From Neoechinorhynchus agilis (taxonomy: Eukaryota; Animalia; Acanthocephala): DNA of 64,000 nt. Under the pieces are notes generated by a model. The model made no database searches. It was not told where the DNA came from and was given only the letters and a program-made list of their open reading frames with translations. The stretch is taken from contig CM121343.1 of the NCBI GenBank assembly GCA_051530055.1, positions 1,582,389 through 1,646,388 of the forward strand, written 5' to 3'. Positions within the stretch are counted from its first letter, which is position 1. Each line of letters begins with the position of its first letter. The position numbers and the translations under genes are program-made. This document shows positions 1-12,500 of the stretch, in pieces.

Positions 1-333
1 TCAATGTTAGCGGTTAGCCATCTCTGGGGTTTACAAACGCAGCTATAATGAAGTTTAGATTTAATTGGAAAAATTTTAAAGATTCGGCGCATATTAAGGC
101 GCACTGTAATTCAAAATTTTACCTTAGCTTTTAAAATATTTTGACTATTTCGTAACGCAGAAAATTTACTGGCACTGTACGTCCTCGTGAGCAAAAAAAT
201 AAGGAAAGGCTCACTTACAATTTTCCTTAGAAAGTCAAATTAACGAGCGTTAAATCAACACAGGAATTCAAGCCTATGATCATTTTTCGTAGTTACAGAA
301 GTCGAGAAGATTAACATCGGCGTTTACTTTTAG

Positions 334-956
334 ATCGAAATTATTGCGATTCAAACTTCAATGTCAAAGTTGGCAGCAAATATGTAAGCAATCAGAACAG
401 ATCAATGGTGCGTACGCAGTATCCGGCGGCCATAGGAACCACAACTACAATGCAGTCCTATAACCAAAGGGTGCGGTCAGATATGAAAAGTGCATATAGT
501 GAGTTTTCTTCAACGGGCTTTGAGTACCGAATTTGTAACAGGCAGTGTCCCAGCATATACCCAAGGTCAACAAAAGAATTTCTCTTGTAATACGGGAGCA
601 TGGACTCAATCTGCTGTTCATTGCACTAGCTATCGAAAACCGGCACCCTCTGAATATTGTTCGGCGTATTTTAACGATCAACGAAAAAATGCCACTAAAC
701 AAATATCCGATAAGCCACTTTTGAATGATCCAAGTAGCAGAAATCGCAGGGCGACTTCCAATCCAATAATTTTAAAGGTATGTAGGAAATTGTCGTAGTG
801 CCTTACAGTCCTTCAGTGTTCTAGACGATTGAACCGCGAGTGAAATATTCTCTGCTCAATTCTAGAGCTCGTCAATATAACAACGGCAACTCTGTATCGG
901 AGGATGAGGCATCACGTTCATTCTATAACACGCAATATAATGGAGGCACAAGTTAG
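334..956 (+). CDS. Probable 3' part of a multi-exon gene, unknown protein with a sushi/CCP-like cysteine motif
   Basis: Phase-compatible GT-AG chain 334-383, 420-498, 542-777, 825-956. Contains FSCNTGAWTQSAVHC and a basic RNRR site. No family recognised. Confidence 0.4.
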
Positions 957-1904
957 TATAGCTATATTTGATTCAAATGGGACTAAAATTTTTGAGAGAA
1001 ATTCTATAAGAAATATCCTTTGGTTACCCTAAGACACCTGATTTTTCACTTGAGCATCAAAAATGGCCATCGTAGTACTTTTAAATATCCTAAAAAATAC
1101 TTAAAAGTATTGTTTAGGTCTTCACCTGCGAAGAATTTTTTTATTACGAAGTTCGAAACGTCTTTAATAAAAGATTATTTACATGGTGAAAACTTCTAAA
1201 TAACACAATTCTAAACATAGACCCCGGTACCTCCCCACATCACGACATCTTGTAAAAATACTTTTTCTATTGTCGTATATGTTGAAAGGCAGTTTTAAAA
1301 GAAAGTTCACTTTATCGATATACATTAGCATGAAAACTATTCTTAACTTCCGTCTGAGATCAGTGAATGGCATAAAATTCAACGAATTCCGATACTTTCT
1401 AATTCTAAGTGAAATACACAAATCGCAGCTCGTTGGCAGTATTTGAATTATAGCATTCGATTCTTTAAAAAAAAGGCTACCTTCGTTGAAAGCTGGCTAT
1501 TAAATTCAACGACCTTCAATCTGATCAATGTTTGACTGTGCGATTAAATAGAATAGTCAACCAATCAAATTAATTGAGGTTCTTGTGAATATTTTTATAC
1601 TTAAAATTTGAATAAATTTGATTGTGTGAAATATTTGTTGTACTTTTTGTTCTTGCGAATCACGGCACATTATCAGATGGTAATGATCGCCGCAAATTCC
1701 TTCTAGTATTGTCGGAAATACCCGATAATGTTTTATTTTATGCATTCCTTATCTACCGGTGATTTAGAACAAGTCTAATACGCAAATAAATATTCTTGTG
1801 AGGACTGCTTAATTCGACTGATTCTTGTTATTATGATTCACATAACTTAATTCCGAATATCACTTTAAAAAAAGCAATTTTTCGTTCAAAATGAACTTTT
1901 TTAT

Positions 1905-1980
1905 CGGCGAGACATCTTTATCGTCCATTGCCTCGAGGGTGCATCCAGCATTCTCTTTCTGAATCCTTGATTCTCCGATA
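1905..1980 (-). mobile_element. Short 3'-end fragment of a CRE-like element (near-identical copy at 9710-9790 in the mitoferrin intron)
   Basis: Both copies share GGCGAGACATCTTTATC.TCCATTGCCTCGAGG. The minus strand of the 9.7-kb copy reads AIQKWNAGCILEAMEDKDV, compared with the end of the 22-kb element RGNTASIRATIEDKDV. Confidence 0.6.
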
Positions 1981-2119
1981 AAAATAGTTGATTACACGGG
2001 CGTCCTTTGTTCTTATTGCGACAAACCATTTTCTAATGTTAAAAATTCTACTGTGCTATGCCTCAATGGCGAGAGGTTTTAAAAATTTGTATTTCTTTGG
2101 TTGTTTTAGGGTGCGAATA

Positions 2120-2246
2120 AAAATTATTTTATTTTAAAATCCGGTATTTCGGCACAATATTGTACGCGTTTATCAAGACTGCTTGTAAGTTTTTAAATAG
2201 GATCAAGATTGTGCCGAAATACTGAATTTTAAAATAAAATAATTTT
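2120..2246. mobile_element. MITE/foldback-like repeat (39-bp inverted repeat); related copy near 32085-32300
   Basis: Arms 2120-2158 and 2208-2246 are reverse complements with 2 mismatches. The internal and downstream sequence recurs at about 32.1-32.3 kb. Confidence 0.55.
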
Positions 2247-4195
2247 AATTTCTTCGTGCCATAAAACAACTAATATGAACTGTTCAATTTTTAAACATTT
2301 GTATTTCTCCCTTTTTCGCCACTTCACCGGCTACTGAAACTGCAATGGACAAGTTGCTCTTAGCAATTGTATTCACGCAAGTGAAATTATTATGACCGAG
2401 ATATGGAATAACTAAAATTTTTTTATTGCGATTGCTAACTTAGGGTACCACTCAATTCAAAATGAACACTTTGGGAGGCGAATCAACTGTCGAATGTGTT
2501 ACTAAACTGAAACTTATCCTTTTAGATCACTATTTATATAGAGAACCAAATAAATGGAATGGAAAAGCTACCCAATTGACTGTAAAAAAAGAAAAAGGAA
2601 ACTCCTCTAATAGTAGTCAGATAAGGGCACAAATAACTCATATCGTATCTTCGGAATTTAAACACAACCCGGCAAATCAATTCAAAGCAAACCGATCGAG
2701 CAACGTTTAGCTCAAATTGTGCAGATAAAAAATAAGTTTCTCAGTCACTTTATGGATTTACCAAAAAATTGATACATAATGGTGACTGCAACCTGAATTT
2801 TTAAAATATCACCGCTACCTTTTATGTGATCGATATTTGAAAGGCATTGGGCACGAATGAAGCAGATGCATTATATCGAATATAGATTAGGAAACTCTTC
2901 TTATATGGTTAAATAGTTTAATTCTCATGTATAGGAAGTAGTGAACCTTTAAGAGATCCTCCATGCAATCTCATGGACTTTGGCTGGCGCAATCAACGAG
3001 CTGAATTTGATCATTCGCCCGAGATTGAGATATGCTTAATATCACGTTATAGATAAACTAAACATGTCACGAGTCCGCCCCGGAAATGCTCTTGTGCACG
3101 AGACAAGGTTTTGCTTCATTATCGAAATAACACACGCCTGATTTAAACGTTTTCTTACACATTTTTGGTTTATTATCCGAGTTGTAAAATGCGAAATATT
3201 GCAACTTACAAATAATTAAACTTAGAAACCCGGGAATGCACAAAAACCGAACCCTTCAAAACGCTATTAGATTTCCAACGAAAAGAATACCTAAAGACTC
3301 AAGTCAATTGAAATTTACCTTATTACAAGATAGTCTTCGGCATAATTATTTCTGTCATTTCGACAAGGAAAAGGAAGAAGCCGAGTGATATTTAGGGCAA
3401 ATAAGGGAAAAGGATGAGAGGCTTCTAAGATATAGCACCAAAGAACGATTAAACTGGCAATAATTTATATTTCGAAGCGATCATTTCTTAAGGTTTCTAA
3501 CATGACCTAAAGACAAGCCCTAAAAATAATGTTCTGATTTATCAATTTATAAGAAATCGATCAGATATAGAAGTATAGTTTTTAGTATAATTATTTCTGT
3601 CAAATACAAAGTTTCGGCTATGTAGGAATTTAAGGAAATATGCATCCCGTGATGAATGAACTGTCAAATAACCACGATATTGAAAATCAATACGTGGATA
3701 TAATCAACGTTCGAATAGCGCGCCAATACAACGTCATTGATTTCATTTTGCTACGTAAGAATGCAAAACAATAACAAAAACAACGTCGCGTTGGTCAATG
3801 AACAGAAATTCTGGTGCTGGTGGTCGCTTGAGTGGGCGCGATCACATACTGTTCGATTCGAACAAAAAGGGTACTGTGAGTATATTCTTGCCCCCGGATC
3901 GTTCCATTTCAATAAATGGAAATAATCCACTTATGACTTTTGCGCTCGTTTTGACGTTGATTTTGTCGTCACGAAAGAATGTAAGACCTTTCTATTTATG
4001 CGCATTATTGTAACGGTTTTAATTACTTTGATTATTGTACGTCTCAATGTGCGTGCGTTTCTTTGGTTCAATGAATGCGGTGGCGTGGGTGGTTACTTGA
4101 CGAGTCTACATTCCATCCCCCGAATTTCTGTTCGTACGAATGCATTCGTTTGATTTGCTTTGAAAGCTGAAATTCAGGATTTCGTTACATTGTAG

Positions 4196-5568
4196 ATGTC
4201 TTATGGTCGTAACCGAATAATGAGCGAGCAGTCGTCGCAATATATGGGCTTAGGTGGTGGGAGATGGCAATCGCGACAACAGAGAGATCACCTAAGATGG
4301 CGACAATATTCTCAATCACAGCCTCAATACAGAGAGAACCGAAGATGGTCTTCGAATCGTACTGAACGATCTGTTTCTCTGTTTGACATTAGGAATCGTT
4401 TAATCTCAACCTTGACTGGGCTTATTGGGTGAGATTATATGAACTAGAGAGCCTCGCCAAAACCGTCCATCTATTTTATACCAGCAGCAGCCACCCGCGC
4501 CGGTGGCCTACATCCCTCCCACTTACACATTGTATCCGTATCCGCCTGAGACCGACAATGGATTGGTTAGCGAAGAGGACGATCCTCCAACCAGCTCCGT
4601 GGACAATCGCTGCGAAATCTTTGTTGGTAGATTACCGGTGTCAATCAAGCAACTCCAATTGATCCGTACATTTGGCCAATATGGTCTTATTGATCGATGC
4701 ACTCTTAGAGACGGTTCGTAAATGTTTTTTCGTATTTTGTTTGGTGATATAGAGAAAGAGCGAGATTAATTCCGTTTCATACAATATTTCGTCTGTCTCA
4801 TCGCACTTCGCGTGACGTACAATAATAAATTAATCTCTATATTGTTATTTAGGTCGCTTGTCGACGACAACGTTAAAGAGACGAATGAATATTTCGACTG
4901 ATTGAATCAGAGTCATAACCAGTCCTTTAACGTGATCTCGTTTGTTGACAAGCGATCTAAATAACAACAATAACACATCTAACCATCACCCGAATGCAAT
5001 CCTCCTCTCAATTTAATCCCTATATCAACAAAATATACGAAGAACTTCTTTACACTTGCACATTTGTTTCTCTAATTTAAGGTGGATGGCAGGCGTACGC
5101 TTTTATTAAATTCGCTGAACCTAATTCAGCCAAACGAGCTGTCCGTTATGAGCACGGTCAAATGATATTCGGCTATCCGATGCACGTTGAATATGCAAAG
5201 AACCTCCAAGGAGAGTACCATACTTTTACCCATAGACTAGAACCAACCGGGGTAAGTCAAAATAGTGTAATACCAAGGCACTTACCGCCTATAAAAGATA
5301 TCTACAAATTATTGTTGTGACCGTGAACCAAATCATAGACCCAATTGTAGATGGTTTATTGAAAACGCCACATTTCCAAATAACCGCGGAGGACGTGGAA
5401 TGAACAGAAACCCGAGGTTTGTACTAGTGAAGAACATGAACGAGTCGCAATTTACAATAACATTTTAGGTTTATGCAGCAACGTAGAAGCTCACCGGGAG
5501 CGTTGCATTTTAGGGAATTTAGCGGATTCCAGCAATGGCCTCAAGCACGAAGATGGTCCAATTACTAA
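4196..5568 (+). CDS. RRM-domain RNA-binding protein (multi-exon)
   Basis: RNP2-like IFVGRL (ORF 4503-4721) splices in phase 1 (GACG|GTTCGT...TTAAG|GT) to an exon from 5082 with RNP1-like YAFIKF and MHVEYAK. The outer 5' and 3' exons could not be linked with certainty. Confidence 0.7.
4842..4967 (+). ncRNA. Candidate intronic structured RNA (long hairpin)
   Basis: 24-bp stem 4842-4865/4944-4967 whose two non-Watson-Crick positions are both G-U on the + strand. Inner stems 4870-4878/4925-4933 and GACTG/CAGTC. Confidence 0.45.
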
Positions 5569-5977
5569 AGGTGATTGGAGATGATGGACGCACAGAGAAT
5601 GATACGACGTACAAGGAAGGTTCGAACTATCTTTAGCGAGTTACGTACACTCGCTTACTGTGTCGTCCATCCTGGTTGCGCCAACATTATAACCAGTAAA
5701 AACGTGCTTTTAATCAAAATTTTATTAAGGGGAATACGGAACGCTTTTTCCGTGATTCTGCCAAGTGCTATGTCATTTTTAACGATAAAATGCGCCAATA
5801 AGATCTTCCCCTTTTTTCTAAACTAGAATGTCCTTCGAGATGATAGAGTTTAAACTGAATAAAACAACGCACATTTAATATAAACATCATTAACACAATT
5901 TTGAAAAAATAGATTATGATCTATATTTAAATTCACTGAGGGTCCTATTCTTTGGGCTTTAACTTTTGTCGACTAGA

Positions 5978-6846
5978 TGACGTGAAATATCGGGGAAATA
6001 GATCAATGATTTTAAATCCAGAGGAGTGGCAAAACTAACAAAAAAGAAACGCTTGTTTTAATTCATTGAACTAAAACTCGAGCTTAATTCCGCAAAAGAA
6101 ATACGAGATGGACGAAAAGAGCGATTAAAAATTAACTCGCTTCAATCTCTAAAACAGTTCTTAGAATCTTTGCTAGATTGTTGATATCATAGTATCTGCC
6201 CTTATGCTGTATTCTCTTGTAAATTGAGTTTTTAACAAAAAAGAGAGGTGAACAATGAGGCTGTCTACATACCACAGCAGAAGTTGCAGTTGGTTGAAGG
6301 AATATTTCTATGCTCATTGTTCATTAGAAATCATGCTTTAACGTCAATATCGAAATTGACGGTATTGGCCGTCAACTAGGATCATAATCAAACACTGAAT
6401 TACAATGCAATCGAAATGGAATCCTTTTGAGCCAGCGTACGGTTATTATTGGATCAACATGAGTGGCGGCATGAGCAATCCCAGGGATAAGTACACTAAC
6501 AAAATAAGATATTTTACCGGAATTTTTAGTCTTTGTTTATCCTTTTAAACACGCAAAATCGAATTCGGAACAAATGTTTGTATTAAAAAAGGTCGATTCC
6601 ATTGGGTGGAAATATTGGACTTCTTGCATGGATCATCATAGTGCAAATATAAAGCGTAATTTTGATTCCCGCTTTTTTGCAAAATATGATACCGGTAGAT
6701 ACGGTTAACGATTTTCCATCTCATCTTTCTTAAACAATTGACAGGAATTCCCTAAAAATGCGTGCCGTGCAAAAGATACTTTTTTCTTGGTTTTGCCACT
6801 TCCAATTTAAACTGACGAATTTATTGCCCCGATATTTCACGTCTTA
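5978..6846. mobile_element. Non-autonomous TIR-like element; same family as the foldback at 31540-31725 and fragment 33990-34050
   Basis: About 70-bp imperfect inverted repeats (GACGTGAAATATCGGGG...GTGGCAAAA) at 5978-6050 and 6778-6846. No transposase ORF and no clear TSD. Confidence 0.5.
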
Positions 6847-7692
6847 CGAAAAAGTCGGAATTATCTGACGTGAAAAAGAATATGTCGAGAAATATCGGTG
6901 TTATGGATTAAATCTGTCGCTTTAATCTTCGCCCATTACCGAAAATAGTAAACACGCCATTGATAAGACCAATCGCTATATCGGTAAAAATTGTAAATAT
7001 GTTCATCATTTACTTTTTTATAGCGAATTATAATAATTGATTTATTTGATAATTTTTTGTATTTTTCTCCAAAAACAATTGGCCGAAGAAAGCCTACGTG
7101 AAGGCCGAAAATTATCAAATAAATCAATTATTATAATCGGTAAAAATATCCGCTCCTAATGCATCGTAGGGAGCATCTTTTACGGAAGAAAACCGTGATT
7201 CCGACGTGAGTTGATGAAAATAACGCACGACAAGCTGAGGAAAACAATGCGCCACAATAATGATATTAGGAAGCGAATTTAATCAGGCTCCTTACGCACT
7301 GTATCCACAAAGAGGAAAATTCTTTCGTATTGACAGTAGTCTACAAGAGAAAATAGCTCCCGGAATTGCGATCGATAATGGCTTAGATTTCTTATTCGTT
7401 TCCTATGGCTAATCTGCCACCGTGGAGTTTCGTTCATCATTCGACAAAACCGAAAACGGTTTAATTGGTAAAAATTAAAAAGGGAGCTCAATCATAATTG
7501 GAAGGTTATTATATTTACTAATTTTACGTTCGTTCCCTTTATTACCATTTGAAGTGAAGTTATTTAGCCGCGTGGCTTACTTTTGTTTCTACATTCTTGT
7601 CAAACCTTGACCTCTCGATTTAGTGGTCTCTGAATCATCGATCAATGACTGAATTAAAATGTAGGCTAAATGCATATTATTAATATACACTC

Positions 7693-8116
7693 GATTCCGG
7701 TTGATCGGACAACAGTGGAACATGATCGTTTTGATTCTAGCGACCGACCGCACCGATTATCCAGATTTGACTCTAGTTTTAAAGTCGAAGTGCTGAAATC
7801 GTAAAATTGGGATTTAATCGCTCCAGATTTACGATTTCAACACTTGGGTTTTTAAACTGCACTCAAATTCCAGTAATCGGACCAGCCGCTTACTAGAATC
7901 AAAACAATCGCGCCCCACTGTGGTCCGATTGACCGGATTTGACTTTAGTTTTAAAAACCAAGCTTTGAAATCGTAAATCTGGTGCGATTCAATGGAAGGT
8001 TTACGATTTCAGCGCTTGTTGTTTAAAACTACAGTCAAATCCGGTTATTGGGACCGCAATGGGGCGCGATGGTTTTGATTCTAGTAATCGGCTGGTCCGA
8101 TTGACCGGATTTGAAC
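7693..8116. repeat. Complex palindromic array of alternating ~60-bp inverted modules and a ~38-bp spacer
   Basis: Module P (7760-7810, 7921-7982, partial 8095-8116), its reverse complement (7823-7884, 7998-8055), and a spacer that alternates orientation (7710-7750, 7885-7920, 8056-8093). Confidence 0.8.
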
Positions 8117-8219
8117 GTATATTACGCTTATTTAAATACAGTTTTTTCGGTTCCTTAGAATTTGGTCCAAAAAACCTGCGGCTGGTACGATTAACCCATG
8201 ATTTGACTTTATTTCAGAA

Positions 8220-10517
8220 ATGGCAACTTCTCATGTTTGTTCTCCGAATTCATCTTTTATCAATTCATCTCACATACCAGTTACTCCTGATTACGAATCG
8301 TTTCCAGCGGGTACTAAATCGTGGGTTAATTGTACCGCCGGTGCTATAGCAGGCATCGGTGAGCACTGCCTTGTTTATCCGTTGGATTTCGCAAAGGTCG
8401 GTTTGTTTATTGCGATGTATCTTGTTGTTAGCTTTAGGTGACAGACTCGACTAATGATGCTAGGAAATAATAACCGTGCCAACAATATGAGAAAGGTTTT
8501 TAAAAGGGCGTTTAAGCATGAAGGATACTGTATGTGAATAGTTCTTATATTTGTCTAAGATGATGAGAACTATGCAATTAAGCCACTAAGGGGCGTTAGC
8601 CTTGTTTTCTGCACTTCTGGACCTGCGCATGCTTTGTATTTCGGAGCCTATGAAGCAGTTAAAGCACAAATGCAATCTTATGGATCTTTAGGCCATGGTT
8701 GGTATATGAAACCTTAAGAGCTCACGTAGTACTCATTAATTTTGTTCATTGTTTTGCAGGGATTCTTTAAACTGGGATCTGTAGCCCTTTCCCATGCTAC
8801 CAAATTGGATCGTATCTTATCTTCTAAAAGTAGCTAAATTTGAGCGATTAGAAATATGTCGAAATTTTTCGTGCCGAATTCTAAATCGAGAAAAATGTAA
8901 CGTTAATATGGTCAGATAATTATTATCTTGGCTCTACAGCCATGGTTAAGTATTTTATGCCGTTTAGAAAACAAAGTCGTTTTTTCTTAATTAAAATTGT
9001 ATCATCAAACATTAAGCACGTATGAATTTGCGTTAATATTTTGTCAATAGAGCACTGGGATTATCAATGCTTCTACCATCGGGTGTCGTTTAGGTGATAA
9101 TGGACAAAAATATCAAATAGTTTGCGGATTTCAGTTCTAAGGAAAACTTTTGTGCTTAGTTCGTGACAAATTGTTTGTCTCAAATGTAACCTCAATTCGA
9201 TTATATTGCTTTAATCAAAAAACTAACCCGATAAGTATTTATTTGTACTTATGATGATTTCTAATTTTATGGGTTTACCTGTTAAGGATTCGGGGTGGAA
9301 AAACTACCAAAATAAAGTATCTTTTCGCCCGATGACAATGATCCAAGACATATAACGATACTTTGATCTGCTGGTTTCATTTTAACCAAAATGATTAGAC
9401 GTTACCGACTCTTACAAACATTGAAATTTTTCAAGTCACATTTGTTTAATATTTATTTAAGATTCTATTAATGCTGAATTTGAGAAAAAAAGAATACGTG
9501 GACACATATTATTTTCAATGTTTCTGATTTCAAAGTGATTTTAATTCTTCAGAATAAAAGCTTTATCGAAAGTTATCAAATATTCTTTTGTTAAAATTTG
9601 AAAACGATTCTTCATTGCAAGTTCTCAGTTTATCCTCTATGTTTAATAGATCAAGTTGTTGACATTTCTGTGCATCTTTAATTTCATATCCATTAAAAGT
9701 TCCGATGGGAACGGCGAGACATCTTTATCCTCCATTGCCTCGAGGATGCATCCAGCATTCCATTTCTGAATCGCTGATTCTCTGATGAAACCAAAACTTC
9801 TATGAAACTCGATCTATTGGATTAGCAAGTATTTTTTTCGGATTTCATTGATTGGGCTCTCTCGAATGATTACTACGTGATGCCCATGAGTCCGTTGAGC
9901 GTTAATTTTTGTTTTAATTTAGCCACCGGGGCCGTTTGTGCTACACTTCTTCATGATGCAGTGATGGTTCCTAGTGATAGTGAGTGTATCTCAGTAGAGG
10001 CTCCTTCTACACGTTAATCTCAACAGCCATTAAGCAGCGAATACAAGCGTCTCGCGGACAGAGCCTAACGATATTAAAGTGTTTTTCGAATGTTTTAAAG
10101 ACTGAAGGCGTATTTAGTCTCTACAGGAGCTATGCCACTCATGTATTGATGACCATTCCGTTTCAAGTGACGCATTTCGTCACATATGAAATTATCCAGG
10201 ACGCGTTCAACCCCCACCGGGAATATCGGCCACTGGTACATGTAATCGGTGGCGGTGTAGCCGGGATGATGGGTGCTGCGATTACGAATCCGCTGGACGT
10301 GTGCAAGACTTTGATTAATACACAGCAAAGCGCGAACGGCGAGAAAGCTAGGAACTTGAGACAAGCTTTGACTTTAATTTTGAATTCTGGAGGTCCTGGA
10401 ACCTTACTTCGAGGTGTTCATGCCAGGATGATCTTTGCTGCTCCTTCCGCCGCAATATCATGGAGTGTTTATGAGATGTTTAAGCATTTATTAGGTGGTA
10501 AAATAATCGCTCATTAA
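8220..10517 (+). CDS. SLC25A37: Mitoferrin (mitochondrial iron carrier, SLC25A37/28 family)
   Basis: Five exons give DYESFP...AGAIAGIGEHCLVYPLD, GPAHALYFGAYE, ATLLHDAVMVPSD, YRSYATHVLMTIPFQ, TNPLDVCKT. These are three carrier repeats with mitoferrin-type motifs. One intron of about 1.2 kb (8.7-9.9 kb). Confidence 0.92.
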
Positions 10518-10589
10518 ACACCGAATGAAAAGGAGAACTAAATTCTAGTTTTTCGCACTTTTATCCGCTATGTATTGTATATTTCAGAA

Positions 10590-12145
10590 ATGGAATCTAA
10601 TGAATCGGCGTTCTTGAATTCTGAAATTGTTCAATGGGTAAGTTGCGAATAAAGCTTAAGTAATGATGTGAATCTTTAGGCGCTTTCGACTGCAAAGGCA
10701 TCTGAATCTCAAGTAAAAGACTGCTCCATCTTATTGTCATTAGCATGCGAGTTAAGTGGACAATACGACAAGTGTAAAATGAACACTGAGGATGAAGATA
10801 TTCAATTAGTTCGGTTTAACAATCTTATGACGTGGGTTCAATGCATGAAAACTTTTATCGAGGTAAATGGAACACTTTTGAGTCTTTACATCAAATCTCC
10901 CTTTTTATGCTAGTTTGCAGGGAATCGTCTTACGAATTTAATTAAAGTCGCAAGTAAAAACTTGTTTTATACCGTCGAAAACCTGTATCGATTAAATGTG
11001 GATTTTATCTCTTTTATCCCTGTTTGATTATCTTCAATATACGCATTTGGTTTATTTTTCGCAATTCACAAACCTTTTCTACTAGATACAAATCAACGAA
11101 TATATGGTTGGACCGTTCCCTGATTTGCATTGTATTAGTGTAAATTATCCAGACGGTAAGGACTAACTTTTTGTTTTTGTCTGTAACTCTTTGGTGAAAA
11201 GATTTTAGTTTATGTGAATATGCGGAATGCTTCTATATTTGTCTTTATGGTTTTGAATCTCAATCGCCGAACAGACCAATCCTAAAATGCTTGTTCGCAT
11301 CAAAAATTGCAGGCGATCCTGACGGTTCAATTCTAGCGCTTTTAAATGAGCAGAATTTTTATCGGTATCAAGAGCTTATGTTGGAAAAGCATAGGCGAGC
11401 GAGAAATGCGTCTCATTCGGCACGAGCAATCCAGCAGATGGAATCTGAGATTGAAGAGAAGCAGAACGCTTTACTGAACTCTAGCATACAGATTGAAAAG
11501 TTGGAGGAAAAATTAGCAAAGACTGAGTATGAATTAGTCGAGTTTGGTGATCAGACTGAGCGTCTACGACGACAGTCTGAGGAATTCGACGCGCTTAGCG
11601 AGAAAGTGAGCCTTTATGTGCCTGAAGTTTTGTTTTATTTACGCACTGTTTAATAGGCGGTAAAGGTCTACCATTTAGAGGCCAAATTATCTCGGCTGCA
11701 GAATCTTCTTGGTCAAAACGAGGAGTTAATGAAGCAAGTCAATGATCTAAAAGACAAAATTTCAATAAAAAGTCGTGAGAACGAGAATCTCAAAAGTCGT
11801 GTGACAGATTTATTATCACATATAAAGTCAAGGTCGGCAACTGACGTGGAATGCGTTATTTTAAGGAAAAGAGTTGATAAGCTAGAGGCTGCATTGAAAG
11901 ATAAATCACGTGCACTGGCCTTATTAGTTGATCAAAACCGTAGTTTAAATGTACAGCAGCAGCAGCAAAACCAAGGAAATAATCAATTTACGGATAATAC
12001 TTCAATGCTTTATATGAGCTTGGACGAGCAGGTCTGTGAATTGTCAATCTCACAAAAGAAGAAGTCGATGGATCACGACAAGTTCTACGCCCTTTCAAGC
12101 TCTACAACTGATTCCAAAGTGTATGAGCAATTAGGATGTTTTTGA
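10590..12145 (+). CDS. Hook/CCDC88 (Girdin)-like coiled-coil adaptor, multi-exon
   Basis: N-terminal exon MESNESAFLNSEIVQW|, several small introns, then a long coiled coil including RRQSEEFDALSEK|AVKVYHLEAKL, which resembles the Hook DILREKAEKV segment. Confidence 0.6.
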
Positions 12146-12500
12146 CGCTGATTTCGGTATGTCTATAAAGTATCTTGTGTGTGTGCAAATGCATTCTTGA
12201 GCATGTTCACTCCTTTGACGTTTTTTATGGGTGTTTATGCGACAAATATTCTTTCTAATGGTGGGATCTTCTTTTCCACCTCCGTGCTTTGATAGTGACG
12301 TCTGTATCGCAGACATAATCCGGTTTCTTATTATTTATATTCGACGGATGCGGTGGAGCGCTGGATACCAAAATTGTGAAAACACGAGAAGGCCGCACAT
12401 ATGAGCCGAATACCTAATTGTGCATAGAAAAACACTCGTAATAACATAATCCGACCAACCGTAAGCGAGACAAACTGTTTACCCTGAAAAAAGATCATCA

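Noticed and set aside
2830-3000. Possible hAT transposase C-terminal remnant (EFPNL on the minus strand)
   Set aside because: A single short motif with many stops; insufficient support.
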